DNA of 64,000 nucleotides from contig BQJM01000006.1 of assembly GCA_021604705.1 (NCBI GenBank), positions 2,087 to 66,086 of the forward strand. The letters run 5' to 3'. The DNA is from a marine bacterium B5-7 (GTDB lineage: Bacteria; Pseudomonadota; Gammaproteobacteria; BQJM01). This document shows positions 20,699 to 30,620 of this stretch, one piece after another; within the stretch, counting starts at the first letter, position 1; every line of letters begins with the position of its first letter. Below the pieces are notes generated by a model. It saw only the letters and a program-made list of their open reading frames with translations. It had not been told where the DNA came from and searched no databases. The position numbers and the translations under genes are program-made.

Positions 20699-21868
20699 TC
20701 ATTGCCCAAAGAAATGCTCAACACCCTCTGCCCATGGATAAACGGTAATGTTATCAACTTGTTTTCGCCTGGGATCTTGTGAAAAGCAAATAGCTTCACA
20801 CTCACCAAAATCTTTCGTGATCTGCATTAAGCTAGATAGCTGAGAAGGGTTTACTTGTGTTGTGCTTTTAATCTCAATAAATAAAGTCGGTAAGCCAGGG
20901 CGATCAATGACTAAATCGACTTCGAGATCAGCACCTGTTTGCAAGTACGAGAATTTATATTCAGATTTGTAAAGTGTTGCAAGTTTCACGCATTCAACGA
21001 CAATAAATTGTTCGAATAAATCACCGTAATAACTCGTTCCTGGGGTTGGATGCATCGTTAACATTCTAGCTAATGCACGTGCGATACCCACATCAATGAA
21101 ATAAAATTTAGGAGCTTCTTTTAGACGTTTACGAAAAGAATGTTGGAATGGCTCTAGGTGAAAGCCAATTAAGGTATCTTCTAGTAATTGGAAATAGCTC
21201 TTTACTGTCTTATCGTCAACACCAACATCTCTGGCGATATTAGCAAAACTCACTAATTTCCCATTAGTTTGTGCTGCAACTTCCAGGAACTTTCTAAAGG
21301 GGTCGAGTTTCCTGAGTAAATGCTCTGCCCAGATTTCTTCTTTCAAATAAGTTTGTGCATAGGTTTGCAGGAACTTTATTTTTTCACTTTCTTCGTCAAA
21401 GGTATAAAGTTTCGGTAACATACCCCAAGATAAGGCCTGTTCCAGGTTGAAAAAAATTCCAAGTTCTAAATAGCTTAACGGATGTAGGCTATAGGAAAAT
21501 GCGCGCCCAGCTAAGAGGTTAACGCCTTTGGCTTTGAGTTTTCGTGCGCTTGAACCGGTTAATACAAAAAATTTCTTTGATTTTTTATTTTCTAAAAGCA
21601 AATGCACAACATCTAATAACTTCGGTACTTTCTGTACTTCATCAATAATCACGAACTGTTCGTCTTCCGCCATGCTCTCGACGATATCGATTAATTCATT
21701 GGGGCTCAGTGCAAAGCGTGCTTCTTCCAGGGGATCTAACAAGTTGATATATACGTTGTGGGTCAGATCAAATTCGTTTTCTAATAAGGTGCTCTTGCCG
21801 GTTCCCCTGGCGCCTAAGAGAATTGAGCTATACTTTTTTGGTAGCGTTAGATGCCGTTTTAGATTCAT
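20699..21868 (-). CDS. AAA+ ATPase with PD-(D/E)xK-like C-terminus, paralogue C
   Basis: GARGTGKST, IIDEVQK, TGSSARKL, LEVDLVIDRPGLPTLFIEIK. ATG at 21868 (MNLKRH). The ORF-track start at 21922 is a TTG inside the palindrome spacer. Confidence 0.85.
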   Translation of the reverse strand: MNLKRHLTLPKKYSSILLGARGTGKSTLLENEFDLTHNVYINLLDPLEEARFALSPNELIDIVESMAEDEQFVIIDEVQKVPKLLDVVHLLLENKKSKKFFVLTGSSARKLKAKGVNLLAGRAFSYSLHPLSYLELGIFFNLEQALSWGMLPKLYTFDEESEKIKFLQTYAQTYLKEEIWAEHLLRKLDPFRKFLEVAAQTNGKLVSFANIARDVGVDDKTVKSYFQLLEDTLIGFHLEPFQHSFRKRLKEAPKFYFIDVGIARALARMLTMHPTPGTSYYGDLFEQFIVVECVKLATLYKSEYKFSYLQTGADLEVDLVIDRPGLPTLFIEIKSTTQVNPSQLSSLMQITKDFGECEAICFSQDPRRKQVDNITVYPWAEGVEHFFGQ

Positions 21869-21891
21869 TTTGGATGCCTTTTCTGTCTTTG

Positions 21892-21942
21892 CCTCGGAGT
21901 GTATTCCGGATATGTCGTGCAAATCCGGAATACACTCCGAGG
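21892..21942. promoter_or_regulatory. 51-bp perfect palindrome just 5' of ATPase paralogue C
   Basis: cctcggagtgtattccggat - atgtcgtgcaa - atccggaatacactccgagg (20-bp arms, 11-bp spacer). Confidence 0.75.
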
Positions 21943-22034
21943 TTAGGCTACTGCCAAAGGAAAATCAAGCATATTTTGATTGAAAATTGTCCTGGCCCGG
22001 GGTAGCATCACATCGTTCAATTAACAACACAGAG

Positions 22035-23438
22035 ATGCTCCCCATGCCTGATGTGATAGATATTCAAACCCCCCACTGGATTTATGTGCCACAAGGATAT
22101 GTTGCTCACTTAATTGTATCTGCGTCTTCGATGGGCGCTGAGGGTTTGTTGACGGATGGATTCTCAGCGTGCAATATTTTTGTCTTTAGAAACGCGCGAA
22201 GGATAGCGTTATGTCATGCTGATGCGAAAACACCACCGATGGTGATTGCTGATACGCTTAAGTGGGTGGGTGAAGGCGCGACACAGACTATTTACCGTCG
22301 GGCTATGGGGCGTCCTGTTCAGGAACAATTACTAAACTCGGATGAGCTGAAAGATGTTAGCTTTGATATTCAAGAAGTGGCAGGAAATGTTGATCAGGTT
22401 TTAGTGCGTTTTTTATCCGAGGAGGGAAAACGATCAGAGATTAGTACTTTCCCGCCTGGTTATGACGCTCATGACGCGATGGTATTACATCATCCAGAAG
22501 AAGAAAAATTACAGACAGTGCAAAAGGCGAATGGACTTTCGAGCATATGCACGGGAGAGTATATCGTAAGAAAGCGTCTGATATTTGATGCAAGTGCTTG
22601 GATGGATTTTGAAGAAGGGGCTTTCATGCCGGATCGTCATTTTCCGGCGGCGAAACAGGTTTGGGGGAGGGTTTCTCAACATCAGGGATCTGCTTTTGAG
22701 GTTGCAGCTGAGATTGAGAAAATCATTTCGGAAGGCGTGTCTGTCCCTATTCTTCAGTCACCAGAATCCTATGCTGCTGACATATCCACATCAGTGATGA
22801 CGATTTTACATAACTATGATCATGAGGCTATATTACGTGCGAATATTGTTGCCTTAGTGGAATCACCACAGCATTCCAGATTTTTCCCCTCGCAAAATCA
22901 GGAGTTTTCGGCTTTGTTAGCAGCAGGACCAATTAATCTCTTGTATGGGATTATGCATAGACTTCTAACGGACAACATAATGGATGCTTGGCCTGGTGTA
23001 GCTGCTTTTCGAGAGAAATTGAATGCATGCTTATTTGCTTATCAGGAAGGGAGCAAGTATGAAACGATCGCAAGTGCCCGACAGGCGTTAGTGGCACGTA
23101 GTGATGCTTTGGCAACAGAAGCAAAAAAACATTACAAAGAAGAATGCTATGAGGCAGCAGAGAACTTGTATGCAGAGTGTCTCGGTCATATTAGACGTTC
23201 TTGTTTGCCATCAGATAAACGGTTTTCAGGTGTTCTTTATAATTTAGCGAGGGTACACATGAAGTTGAAGCATGAGCCTAGCGCAATTGTTGAGATGCTA
23301 AAGGAATGTATTGAATTAAGAGAAGCGCATGACCCTGGCAATACACCGGGCATAGCAAAGGCCAAGCTTGCACTTGAAGAATGTCGGCAGGCTATCTCGG
23401 CGAAGCGTGTCCTACCTACACCAGGACAAACAACATAA
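22035..23438 (+). CDS. Hypothetical protein with an N-terminal Cys/His motif domain and C-terminal TPR-like helices
   Basis: GFSACNIFVFRNARRIALCHAD near the N-terminus. C-terminal helical repeats YEAAENLYAECLG...VLYNLARVHMKL. The start is uncertain (21987 TTG, 22035 or 22044 ATG). Confidence 0.5.
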   Translation: MLPMPDVIDIQTPHWIYVPQGYVAHLIVSASSMGAEGLLTDGFSACNIFVFRNARRIALCHADAKTPPMVIADTLKWVGEGATQTIYRRAMGRPVQEQLLNSDELKDVSFDIQEVAGNVDQVLVRFLSEEGKRSEISTFPPGYDAHDAMVLHHPEEEKLQTVQKANGLSSICTGEYIVRKRLIFDASAWMDFEEGAFMPDRHFPAAKQVWGRVSQHQGSAFEVAAEIEKIISEGVSVPILQSPESYAADISTSVMTILHNYDHEAILRANIVALVESPQHSRFFPSQNQEFSALLAAGPINLLYGIMHRLLTDNIMDAWPGVAAFREKLNACLFAYQEGSKYETIASARQALVARSDALATEAKKHYKEECYEAAENLYAECLGHIRRSCLPSDKRFSGVLYNLARVHMKLKHEPSAIVEMLKECIELREAHDPGNTPGIAKAKLALEECRQAISAKRVLPTPGQTT

Positions 23439-23482
23439 TCAGTTGAAACTGGTATTTATTTTTTCTGAGAAGCGAAAGGATC

Positions 23483-23641
23483 ATGATGAAGAAAGATGAC
23501 CCAACAAAAATACGACTTTTGAGTGAAGCGCAGGAAATGTTGAATGATTTATACTCTGTTGGCTTAACAGTGCGTGAAAAGGTGAGCGCAGATTTAGAAA
23601 GCGTTAATAATCAAAATAAGTCAAAAAAAATCAACAAATGA
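23483..23641 (+). pseudogene. Truncated duplicate of the HTH antitoxin N-terminus
   Basis: MMKKDDPTKIRLLSEAQEMLNDL matches MKKSDPTNTRLLSEAQEMLNDL of the 24154 gene, then diverges and stops after 52 codons. Confidence 0.5.
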
Positions 23642-23744
23642 TGCCTTAAGGGCTTATTCCTCGGCAAACTTGCATTTGTTGATTTGTCGAGAAATGCCTG
23701 TGCACTGCTTATAAAATATCTTTTGGCTTGATGTATGGGCCACC

Positions 23745-24152
23745 ATGTATTGTAGTGCACAGTGTATCCCAAAGATAAAAGGAAGTGAAATTAAAATTTA
23801 TAAGACTAAAAACTTTGTTCGTTGGGCCAGAAAAGAAAAGCTGTCTGATGGCGCATTGAAAAAAGTGACTGACTAGCTTGAAGAAGGCTTAATTGGTGCA
23901 GACTTAGGTGGTGGTTTAATTAAGAAACGAATTGCTCAACAAGGGAAAGGAAAGCGAGGAGGCCATAGAGTGCTTCTTGCATTTAGAAATAAGGATAGAT
24001 GTGTCTTTATGTTTGGTTTCTCAAAAAATGATAGAGAAAACTTAGAAGTTGCAGAAAAAGAGATTTATAAAAAACTGTCTAAGATATATTTGAGCACATC
24101 CATCATTGAACTGAGAAAGATGTGTGTGAATGCACAGTTAATAGAGGTGTGA
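23745..24152 (+). pseudogene. RelE/HigB-like toxin (COG4737-like) with an in-frame TAG
   Basis: IKIYKTKNFVRWARKEKLSDGALKKVTD*LEEGLIGADLGGGLIKKRIAQQGKGKRGGHRVLLAF...; the stop is at 23874-23876. Confidence 0.65.
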
Positions 24153-24153
24153 T

Positions 24154-24480
24154 ATGAAAAAAAGTGATCCAACAAATACTCGGCTTTTAAGTGAGGCTCA
24201 AGAGATGTTGAATGATCTGCAGCAAGCAGGTTTGGTGGATATGACCACGATGAGAGAGTTTAATGCCTTGTCTCTTTCTGAAACCCATGAATTATCGCCG
24301 ACCAGAATTAAAAAAATTCGTCGTGGTGCCGGTGTTAGCCAGGCGGTATTTGCTAAGATTATTAATGTTAGTGTTGCAGCGATAAAACAGTGGGAGCGTG
24401 GTGAGCGTAAGCCTAGTGGTGCAGCGTTAAAACTTCTTAACTTAGTTGAAGCCAAGGGCTTGGGTGTGATTCTAATTTAA
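24154..24480 (+). CDS. XRE-type helix-turn-helix antitoxin
   Basis: VSQAVFAKIINVSVAAIKQWERGERKPSGAALKLL. It starts 1 nt after the toxin stop. Confidence 0.75.
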   Translation: MKKSDPTNTRLLSEAQEMLNDLQQAGLVDMTTMREFNALSLSETHELSPTRIKKIRRGAGVSQAVFAKIINVSVAAIKQWERGERKPSGAALKLLNLVEAKGLGVILI

Positions 24481-24483
24481 ACT

Positions 24484-24990
24484 CTACACCGGCACAAACA
24501 AAATAATGATTTGCAAAAACACCAGTGCGTAAACGCCGGCAAAGACATCGTCGATCATAATCCCCATACCACCTGGGATATTTTTGTCGAAGTAACTAAT
24601 GGGCCAAGGTTTTAAAATATCGAAGGCGCGGAATAATAAAAAACCCAATAACAAGTGGCTGAAGTCTAAGGGGGCACCTATCATGGTGATCCAAAATCCC
24701 ACAAACTCATCCCACACAATGCGGGGATCATCGGCAACACCGAGTCCCTTGGCGGCTTCGTCGCAGAGGTAAACACCGACGAGGAATGCGGCAACGACGA
24801 GTAATAAATACAGCCAGCCTGGCAAGTGATACATAATAAGATATAAAGGAATTGCTGCCACTGTGCCCCAGGTGCCGGGTGCATTGGGCATGAGACCGCT
24901 ACCAAAGCCGGTTGCGATAAATTGAATGGGGTTAGCTTTAGCGCCTGTGATATAGGCGTTTAATTTGCGTTTGAGTGATGACCAGTCCAT
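24484..24990 (-). CDS. pgpA: Phosphatidylglycerophosphatase A
   Basis: GFGSGLMPNAPGTWGT and DIxKPWPI motifs; 168 aa membrane protein. Confidence 0.85.
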   Translation of the reverse strand: MDWSSLKRKLNAYITGAKANPIQFIATGFGSGLMPNAPGTWGTVAAIPLYLIMYHLPGWLYLLLVVAAFLVGVYLCDEAAKGLGVADDPRIVWDEFVGFWITMIGAPLDFSHLLLGFLLFRAFDILKPWPISYFDKNIPGGMGIMIDDVFAGVYALVFLQIIILFVPV

Positions 24991-25008
24991 TGGAATACCT
25001 CTCTCTAG

Positions 25009-25135
25009 TGTGTCACCCCGGGCACCGCCCCGGGGTCTTCGTCTATGACCGTTGTACCATCAGGAGATGCCGGGTCAAGCCCGGCATGACAGCAGGTGTT
25101 GTCACCCCGGGCACCGACCCGGGGTCTCCATACAT
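25009..25135. repeat. REP/MITE-like cluster, family 1 (three units)
   Basis: gtgtcaccccgggcaccgccccggggtcttcgtcta, caggagatgccgggtcaagcccggcatgacagc, ttgtcaccccgggcaccgacccggggtctccatacat. Confidence 0.88.
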
Positions 25136-25168
25136 GAACTTATTAGTCTGTCACAGCCCGTACATTTT

Positions 25169-25597
25169 TTAACGCGACTTGACTTCAGTTGCGCGAACAC
25201 CGCCCGCAATTTTATCGAGAATACTGTTTACGTACTTATGTCCGTCCTGCGAGCCAAATTCTTTTGCTAATTCTACGGCCTCGTTGATGACGACTTTGTA
25301 GGGGACGTCCAGGCAATCTAGCAATTCATAGCTACCTAGGCGCATGCAAGCCAGCTCGATGGGATGCAATGTATCAAAATTTCTATCGATGTGCGTTTGT
25401 ATGTGTTCATCAATAACGGCACGTTTGGCTAATGTGCCTTTGGTGAGTTTTTGAAAATAATCAATGTCAGCTGTTTGAATCGATTTCCCGGCTAAAAACT
25501 GCGTCATCAAGTCAAGCTCATCCATGGCCGTCATATGCCACTGATACAAGGCTTGTACTGCAAATCGGCGGGCATTGTGTCGAGTTTTATGCGTCAT
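25169..25597 (-). CDS. nusB: Transcription antitermination factor NusB
   Basis: [11 protein letters not shown]. Start MTHKTRH at 25597 overlaps the nrdR end by 11 nt. Confidence 0.85.
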   Translation of the reverse strand: MTHKTRHNARRFAVQALYQWHMTAMDELDLMTQFLAGKSIQTADIDYFQKLTKGTLAKRAVIDEHIQTHIDRNFDTLHPIELACMRLGSYELLDCLDVPYKVVINEAVELAKEFGSQDGHKYVNSILDKIAGGVRATEVKSR

Positions 25598-26063
25598 GAG
25601 GGGTACCCTTGGGTTCTTGTTGTAATTTCTGAATCTCTTGGTGAAAGGCATCAACGTCTTCGAAGTTGCGATACACGGAAGCAAAACGGACAAAGGCTAC
25701 TTTATCTAGCTCTTTTAACGCCTGCATCACGTATTCCCCGATCTTTTGAGAAGCTACTTCGCGTTCACCTGAGGCATATAATTTATGCATGATGCGGCTG
25801 ATGACCCCTTCCGCCGTATCCATTTCTACGGGACGTTTTTCTAGGGCGCGTAAAATACCACGGCGTAATTTTTCTTCATCGAATGGGACGCGTTCCCCGT
25901 CACGTTTAATGACGCGAGGCATGGTCAGTGTCGCCACTTCGTAGGTTGTAAAACGCTCGCCACATTGTGCACACTCGCGGCGGCGGCGCACTTGGCTGCC
26001 ATCGCTGACTAAGCGGGAGTCTGTTACTTTGGTATCGTCGGTACTGCAAAAAGGACAATGCAT
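25587..26063 (-). CDS. nrdR: Transcriptional repressor NrdR
   Basis: [17 protein letters not shown] ... [12 protein letters not shown] zinc ribbon plus ATP-cone. Confidence 0.9.
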   Translation of the reverse strand: MHCPFCSTDDTKVTDSRLVSDGSQVRRRRECAQCGERFTTYEVATLTMPRVIKRDGERVPFDEEKLRRGILRALEKRPVEMDTAEGVISRIMHKLYASGEREVASQKIGEYVMQALKELDKVAFVRFASVYRNFEDVDAFHQEIQKLQQEPKGTPHDA

Positions 26064-26068
26064 AAGGA

Positions 26069-27331
26069 TTACTCCGTGGTTTCGTATACAGGAAAACGTT
26101 GACACATATCGAGCACGGCTTGTTTTGTTGCGGCAATGACATCTGCATTTTGGATGTCATCTAAAATATTGGCAATCCAATTTGCAACAATTTCTACTTC
26201 TTTTACTTTCAGGCCGCGTGTTGTGATGGCGGGCGTGCCTAAGCGTAAACCGCTAGTGACAAAGGGTGATTGGGGGTCATTGGGTACCGTATTTTTATTG
26301 ACAGTAATACCTGCTTGATCTAACGCTGCTTCTGCTGCTTTACCCGTGAGTGATTGCTTAGTGAGATCCATCACAAACATATGGTTGTCTGTGCCGCCAG
26401 AAACAATGCGATATCCTCTTTCCTGCAATACCGTTGCCATTGCACGCGCATTATCGATGACTTGTTGCTGATACTGCTTAAATTCAGGTTGTAAGGCTTC
26501 GTGAAAGGCAACCGCTTTGGCAGCAATCACATGCATTAATGGACCACCTTGTATCCCTGGAAAAATTTGTGAATTAAATTTTTTCTCAAGTTCAGGTTTA
26601 TTTTTACAAAGAATGATGCCGCCTCGTGGGCCACGCAAGGTTTTGTGTGTCGTACTCGTCACGACATCCGCAATACCAACGGGTGAAGGATATAAACCTG
26701 CTGCGATTAAGCCAGCAACGTGTGCCATATCAGCGAGCATGTATGCACCCACTTCATCAGCAATATCACGGAATCGTTGCCAATCAATGACACGAGAATG
26801 CGCAGAAAATCCAGTGATAATCAATTTTGGTTTGTGCTCTAAGGCGAGTGCGCGCACATGGTCGTAATCAATGGTTTCTGTTTTTGGGTCTAAGCCATAC
26901 TGAAATACATTGTATAAACGCCCAGAGAAATTCACTTTAGAACCATGCGATAAATGGCCCCCATTAGACAAATCCATGCCTAAGATGGTGTCGCCTGGCT
27001 GCAGGAGTGCAAAGTACGCCGCCATATTTGCTTGAGAACCCGAGTGGGGTTGCACGTTAGCATAGTCACACCCAAATAACTGTTTCAGGCGCTCAATAGC
27101 GAGCTTTTCAGCAACATCCACATGCTCGCAGCCACCGTAATAACGTTTGCCTGGATAGCCTTCCGCATATTTATTGGTGAGCACAGAGCCTTGCGCTTGC
27201 ATGACAGCGGGGCTGGTGTGATTCTCAGAGGCAATCAATTCTAAGCCTTGCTCCTGGCGCGCGCGTTCTTTTACAAGAACAGCGGCAATATCTGGATCAG
27301 ACTGATTTAAATTATGATTATTATCGAACAT
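26069..27331 (-). CDS. glyA: Serine hydroxymethyltransferase
   Basis: [17 protein letters not shown]-lysine motif; 420 aa. Confidence 0.95.
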   Translation of the reverse strand: MFDNNHNLNQSDPDIAAVLVKERARQEQGLELIASENHTSPAVMQAQGSVLTNKYAEGYPGKRYYGGCEHVDVAEKLAIERLKQLFGCDYANVQPHSGSQANMAAYFALLQPGDTILGMDLSNGGHLSHGSKVNFSGRLYNVFQYGLDPKTETIDYDHVRALALEHKPKLIITGFSAHSRVIDWQRFRDIADEVGAYMLADMAHVAGLIAAGLYPSPVGIADVVTSTTHKTLRGPRGGIILCKNKPELEKKFNSQIFPGIQGGPLMHVIAAKAVAFHEALQPEFKQYQQQVIDNARAMATVLQERGYRIVSGGTDNHMFVMDLTKQSLTGKAAEAALDQAGITVNKNTVPNDPQSPFVTSGLRLGTPAITTRGLKVKEVEIVANWIANILDDIQNADVIAATKQAVLDMCQRFPVYETTE

Positions 27332-27335
27332 GGTT

Positions 27336-28649
27336 TCACTCCGTTTGGCTGCGACAGTAGGTCTCTCTCAGTAGTATCGCAGCAATGAGGGCTAAACCAA
27401 AGACAATCGGCAAAATGGTTAAGGCTGTGCGATAGTCTGTGACAGAATAGACCGGAACACCGTGGATGACTTTGCCCGACCAGGCTTTATCCATCAACCA
27501 ACCGAAGAATGGCTGAAATATTGCACCACCCGCAAGCGTTGTCATTGAGACGATACTGACAGCTGTCCCTGTCAATAACGGTGAATTGTGTTCTGCCACC
27601 GTGGGGTAGCTGATCACTTGCGTGCTGGTAATGAAACCTAAGGCAAAGAATAGTACTTGCAAGGTGGCGTAAGACAATCCTTCTTGGTAGATAATGATAA
27701 AGATAAGCGATAGTGATAAGACGGCACCTATCATCATGGGTAGGCAGCGTCGACGCATTTTATCAGACAGCCAGCCCATCACTGGTGACCCAATCGTCGC
27801 GCCAACAAAAATCATGCCGGAAATACTGGACGCTTGAATTGCAGAGAGATTATCAATTTGCATGAGGTAATGCGTGCCCCACAATGCACCCAACAAAAAG
27901 ATAGGAAGGTTTAAAAAGCAGGTGTATAAACCGCCTAACCAATTTTGCCAATTGCTTAATACCAACTTAACACTATTGAGTAAGCCGATTTCTTGTAATT
28001 GACGGACCTCATGAGAAGTATCGTCTGCTTGATTGTCGGGGCGATCTTTTAAAACAAACAGCATAAATACCGTGATTAAAACGCCTAAAACACCATCAAC
28101 CAATAAAGCATCGCGCCAACCCATGTCATGAATTAAATGCGTTAATGGCATTTGTGCAGTCCATCCGCCAAGCATGGCCATGGTGACCACGAAGCCTGTG
28201 ACTAAGGCCATGCGGTGTGGTGGAAACCAACGTGATGCAATGCGCATACAGCTTAAGAAACAAAATGCACCACCGATACCCGTTGCGAAACGGAAGAAGC
28301 CAGAAAGAATCACGGAGTGCGATAGCGCAAATCCGAAAATACTTAAAGTACAAATGGTCATTGCGCCTAAAATAAGTTTTCGTGTTGAAAAGCGATCTAA
28401 CATAATGCCCGCAGGTAATAGGAACAGGACATTGGCAATAAAGTACATGGAAGAGAGCGCACTTAATTGTTCTGCATTTAAATGAAATTCTCGCATCAGT
28501 GGTGTGCTGAGGGAGTTAATCATATTGAGTTGCATGAATTCGTAGTAAAACAATAAGCTCGCAAAAAACACCACAAGCCAAGCCTGTAGGCGGGTATGTG
28601 TTGGGGTATCGGTCATGCGTGCTCCGTGATTAAAATTTGAAGCCAGCAT
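27336..28649 (-). CDS. MFS transporter, substrate unknown
   Basis: About 12 hydrophobic segments. MFS motif [13 protein letters not shown]. Confidence 0.75.
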   Translation of the reverse strand: MLASNFNHGARMTDTPTHTRLQAWLVVFFASLLFYYEFMQLNMINSLSTPLMREFHLNAEQLSALSSMYFIANVLFLLPAGIMLDRFSTRKLILGAMTICTLSIFGFALSHSVILSGFFRFATGIGGAFCFLSCMRIASRWFPPHRMALVTGFVVTMAMLGGWTAQMPLTHLIHDMGWRDALLVDGVLGVLITVFMLFVLKDRPDNQADDTSHEVRQLQEIGLLNSVKLVLSNWQNWLGGLYTCFLNLPIFLLGALWGTHYLMQIDNLSAIQASSISGMIFVGATIGSPVMGWLSDKMRRRCLPMMIGAVLSLSLIFIIIYQEGLSYATLQVLFFALGFITSTQVISYPTVAEHNSPLLTGTAVSIVSMTTLAGGAIFQPFFGWLMDKAWSGKVIHGVPVYSVTDYRTALTILPIVFGLALIAAILLRETYCRSQTE

Positions 28650-28747
28650 TATAATTTAGGGTGCTTTACTTGTCTATGGTGTCGGTTTACCCGCTAGCTG
28701 TTTTCACGTAGAATCCCTGCACTTTAATGAAAATCAGAGAGCATAAT

Positions 28748-30427
28748 ATGTCACAATATGTATATACGATGAACGGCGTCAGCAAGGTCGTTAAGCCAAA
28801 TCGTTATATTTTGAAAGATATTCATCTTTCCTTTTACCCCGGTGCGAAGATTGGGGTGCTGGGTTTAAACGGCTCAGGTAAGTCAACTTTGTTGCGCATT
28901 TTGGCTGGGGAAGACAAAGATTTCCTTGGTGAGGCGCGAGCACAAGCGGGTCTTAAAATCGGCTACCTTTCTCAAGAGCCTAAGCTCGATGCAGGTAAGA
29001 CGGTACGAGATAATGTTGATGCAAGTTTAGGTGAAATTAAAGAACAACTTGATCGTTTCAATGAAATCAGCATGAAGTTTGCAGAACCCATGTCAGATGA
29101 TGAAATGAATACCTTACTTGAAGAGCAAGGTGAATTACAAAATGCGATTGATACAACGGGTGGTTGGGAATTAGAACGTAAATTAGAAATCACTGCAGAT
29201 GCATTACGCTTACCCGAGTGGGAAAAACCAATTAGCCAATTGTCTGGTGGTGAAAAACGTCGTGTTGCATTGGCATGTTTGCTGTTCTCTAATCCTGACA
29301 TGATCTTACTCGATGAACCGACTAACCATCTGGATGCAGAAAGCGTGGCGTGGCTAGAGCGCTATTTATCCGAATTCCCAGGCACCGTGATTGCGGTAAC
29401 GCATGATCGTTACTTCCTAGATAATGTGGCCGGTTGGATTCTAGAATTAGATCGTGGCCAAGGTATTCCGTATGAAGGCAATTACTCTACTTGGTTAGAT
29501 CAAAAAGAAAAACGTTTAGAACAAGAAGAAAAGCAAGAATCTTCACGACAGCGTGCGATTAAAGCTGAAAAAGAATGGGCGACGAACGAACAAAAAGGAC
29601 GTCAGTCAAAAAGTAAAGCGCGTTTGGCACGTTTTGAAGAGCTATGTTCGCAAGAAACACAACAACGTAATGAAACGAAAGCACTCTATATTCCGCCTGG
29701 CCCTCGTTTGGGTGATTTGGTGATTGAAGGGAAAAAAGTTTGTAAAGGGTTTGGCGATCGTTCACTGATTAAAGATTTGGATATATTGTTACCTAAGGGC
29801 GCTATCCTTGGTGTGATTGGCCCTAATGGTGCGGGTAAATCGACGTTCTTAAAAATGTTAACCGATCAAGAAAAACCAGATAGTGGTGAGCTACGTCTAG
29901 GAGAAACTGTACAGTTGGCTTACGTCGACCAAAGTCGCGATACGCTGGATGATAATAAAACTTTATGGGAAGAAATTTCTGATGGTTTAGATGTGATTAC
30001 TGTGGGTAATTTTACGATGCCTTCGCGTGCCTACGTAGGGCGTTTCAATTTCAAAGGTAGCGATCAGCAAAAGAAAATCGCCAATCTTTCTGGGGGTGAA
30101 CGTAACCGTGTGCACTTGGCGAAGCTGTTACGCAGTGGTGGTAACGTATTATTACTCGATGAGCCAACCAATGATTTGGATGTGGAAACCTTGCGTGCGC
30201 TAGAAGAAGCGATTCAAGATTTTGCGGGTTCAGCCATTGTGGTCTCGCATGATCGTTGGTTCTTAGATCGGGTGGTGACTCATATGCTGGCATTTGAAGG
30301 GGATTCAAACGTCGTATTCTTTGAAGGAAATTACAGCGAATACGAAGATGATTACCGTAAGCGTGTGGGTGATGCTGCTTGGCAACCCAAACGCATCAAA
30401 TACAAGAAGATCGAGACGGTTAATTGA
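28748..30427 (+). CDS. ettA: ABC-F translational throttle protein EttA
   Basis: Two cassettes: [17 protein letters not shown] and [17 protein letters not shown]. No TM domain; about 559 aa from MSQYVYTM. Confidence 0.9.
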   Translation: MSQYVYTMNGVSKVVKPNRYILKDIHLSFYPGAKIGVLGLNGSGKSTLLRILAGEDKDFLGEARAQAGLKIGYLSQEPKLDAGKTVRDNVDASLGEIKEQLDRFNEISMKFAEPMSDDEMNTLLEEQGELQNAIDTTGGWELERKLEITADALRLPEWEKPISQLSGGEKRRVALACLLFSNPDMILLDEPTNHLDAESVAWLERYLSEFPGTVIAVTHDRYFLDNVAGWILELDRGQGIPYEGNYSTWLDQKEKRLEQEEKQESSRQRAIKAEKEWATNEQKGRQSKSKARLARFEELCSQETQQRNETKALYIPPGPRLGDLVIEGKKVCKGFGDRSLIKDLDILLPKGAILGVIGPNGAGKSTFLKMLTDQEKPDSGELRLGETVQLAYVDQSRDTLDDNKTLWEEISDGLDVITVGNFTMPSRAYVGRFNFKGSDQQKKIANLSGGERNRVHLAKLLRSGGNVLLLDEPTNDLDVETLRALEEAIQDFAGSAIVVSHDRWFLDRVVTHMLAFEGDSNVVFFEGNYSEYEDDYRKRVGDAAWQPKRIKYKKIETVN

Positions 30428-30456
30428 TAAAATGGAGCCTCGGCTGAGGTGCTATT

Positions 30457-30515
30457 TTGTCATCCCGGAATTTGCAAAGCAAATATCCGGGATCTCCGTC
30501 TAACACTGTAGTACT
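30457..30515. repeat. REP unit, family 1, with a truncated inverted partner
   Basis: ttgtcatcccggaatttgcaaagcaaatatccgggatctccgtcta, then ...tttcaggaggtcccgcg. Confidence 0.8.
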
Positions 30516-30526
30516 TTCAGGAGGTC

Positions 30527-30576
30527 CCGCGTCGAGCTACATGGACGTATTTATGTGTGTTTTTGAAAGGAATACG
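30527..30576. repeat. Partial family-2 element
   Basis: gtttttgaaaggaatacg matches the right arm gtttttgaaagagatactcg at 17629-17648. Confidence 0.4.
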
Positions 30577-30620
30577 TAACCAGTCTTTCTAGTTTATGAT
30601 CATGCACCAAAGGAAATATC

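Noticed and set aside
28650-28747. An FMN or other riboswitch ahead of the MFS-glyA-nrdR-nusB operon.
   Set aside because: The divergent spacer is under 100 nt and shows no extended conserved-looking structure.
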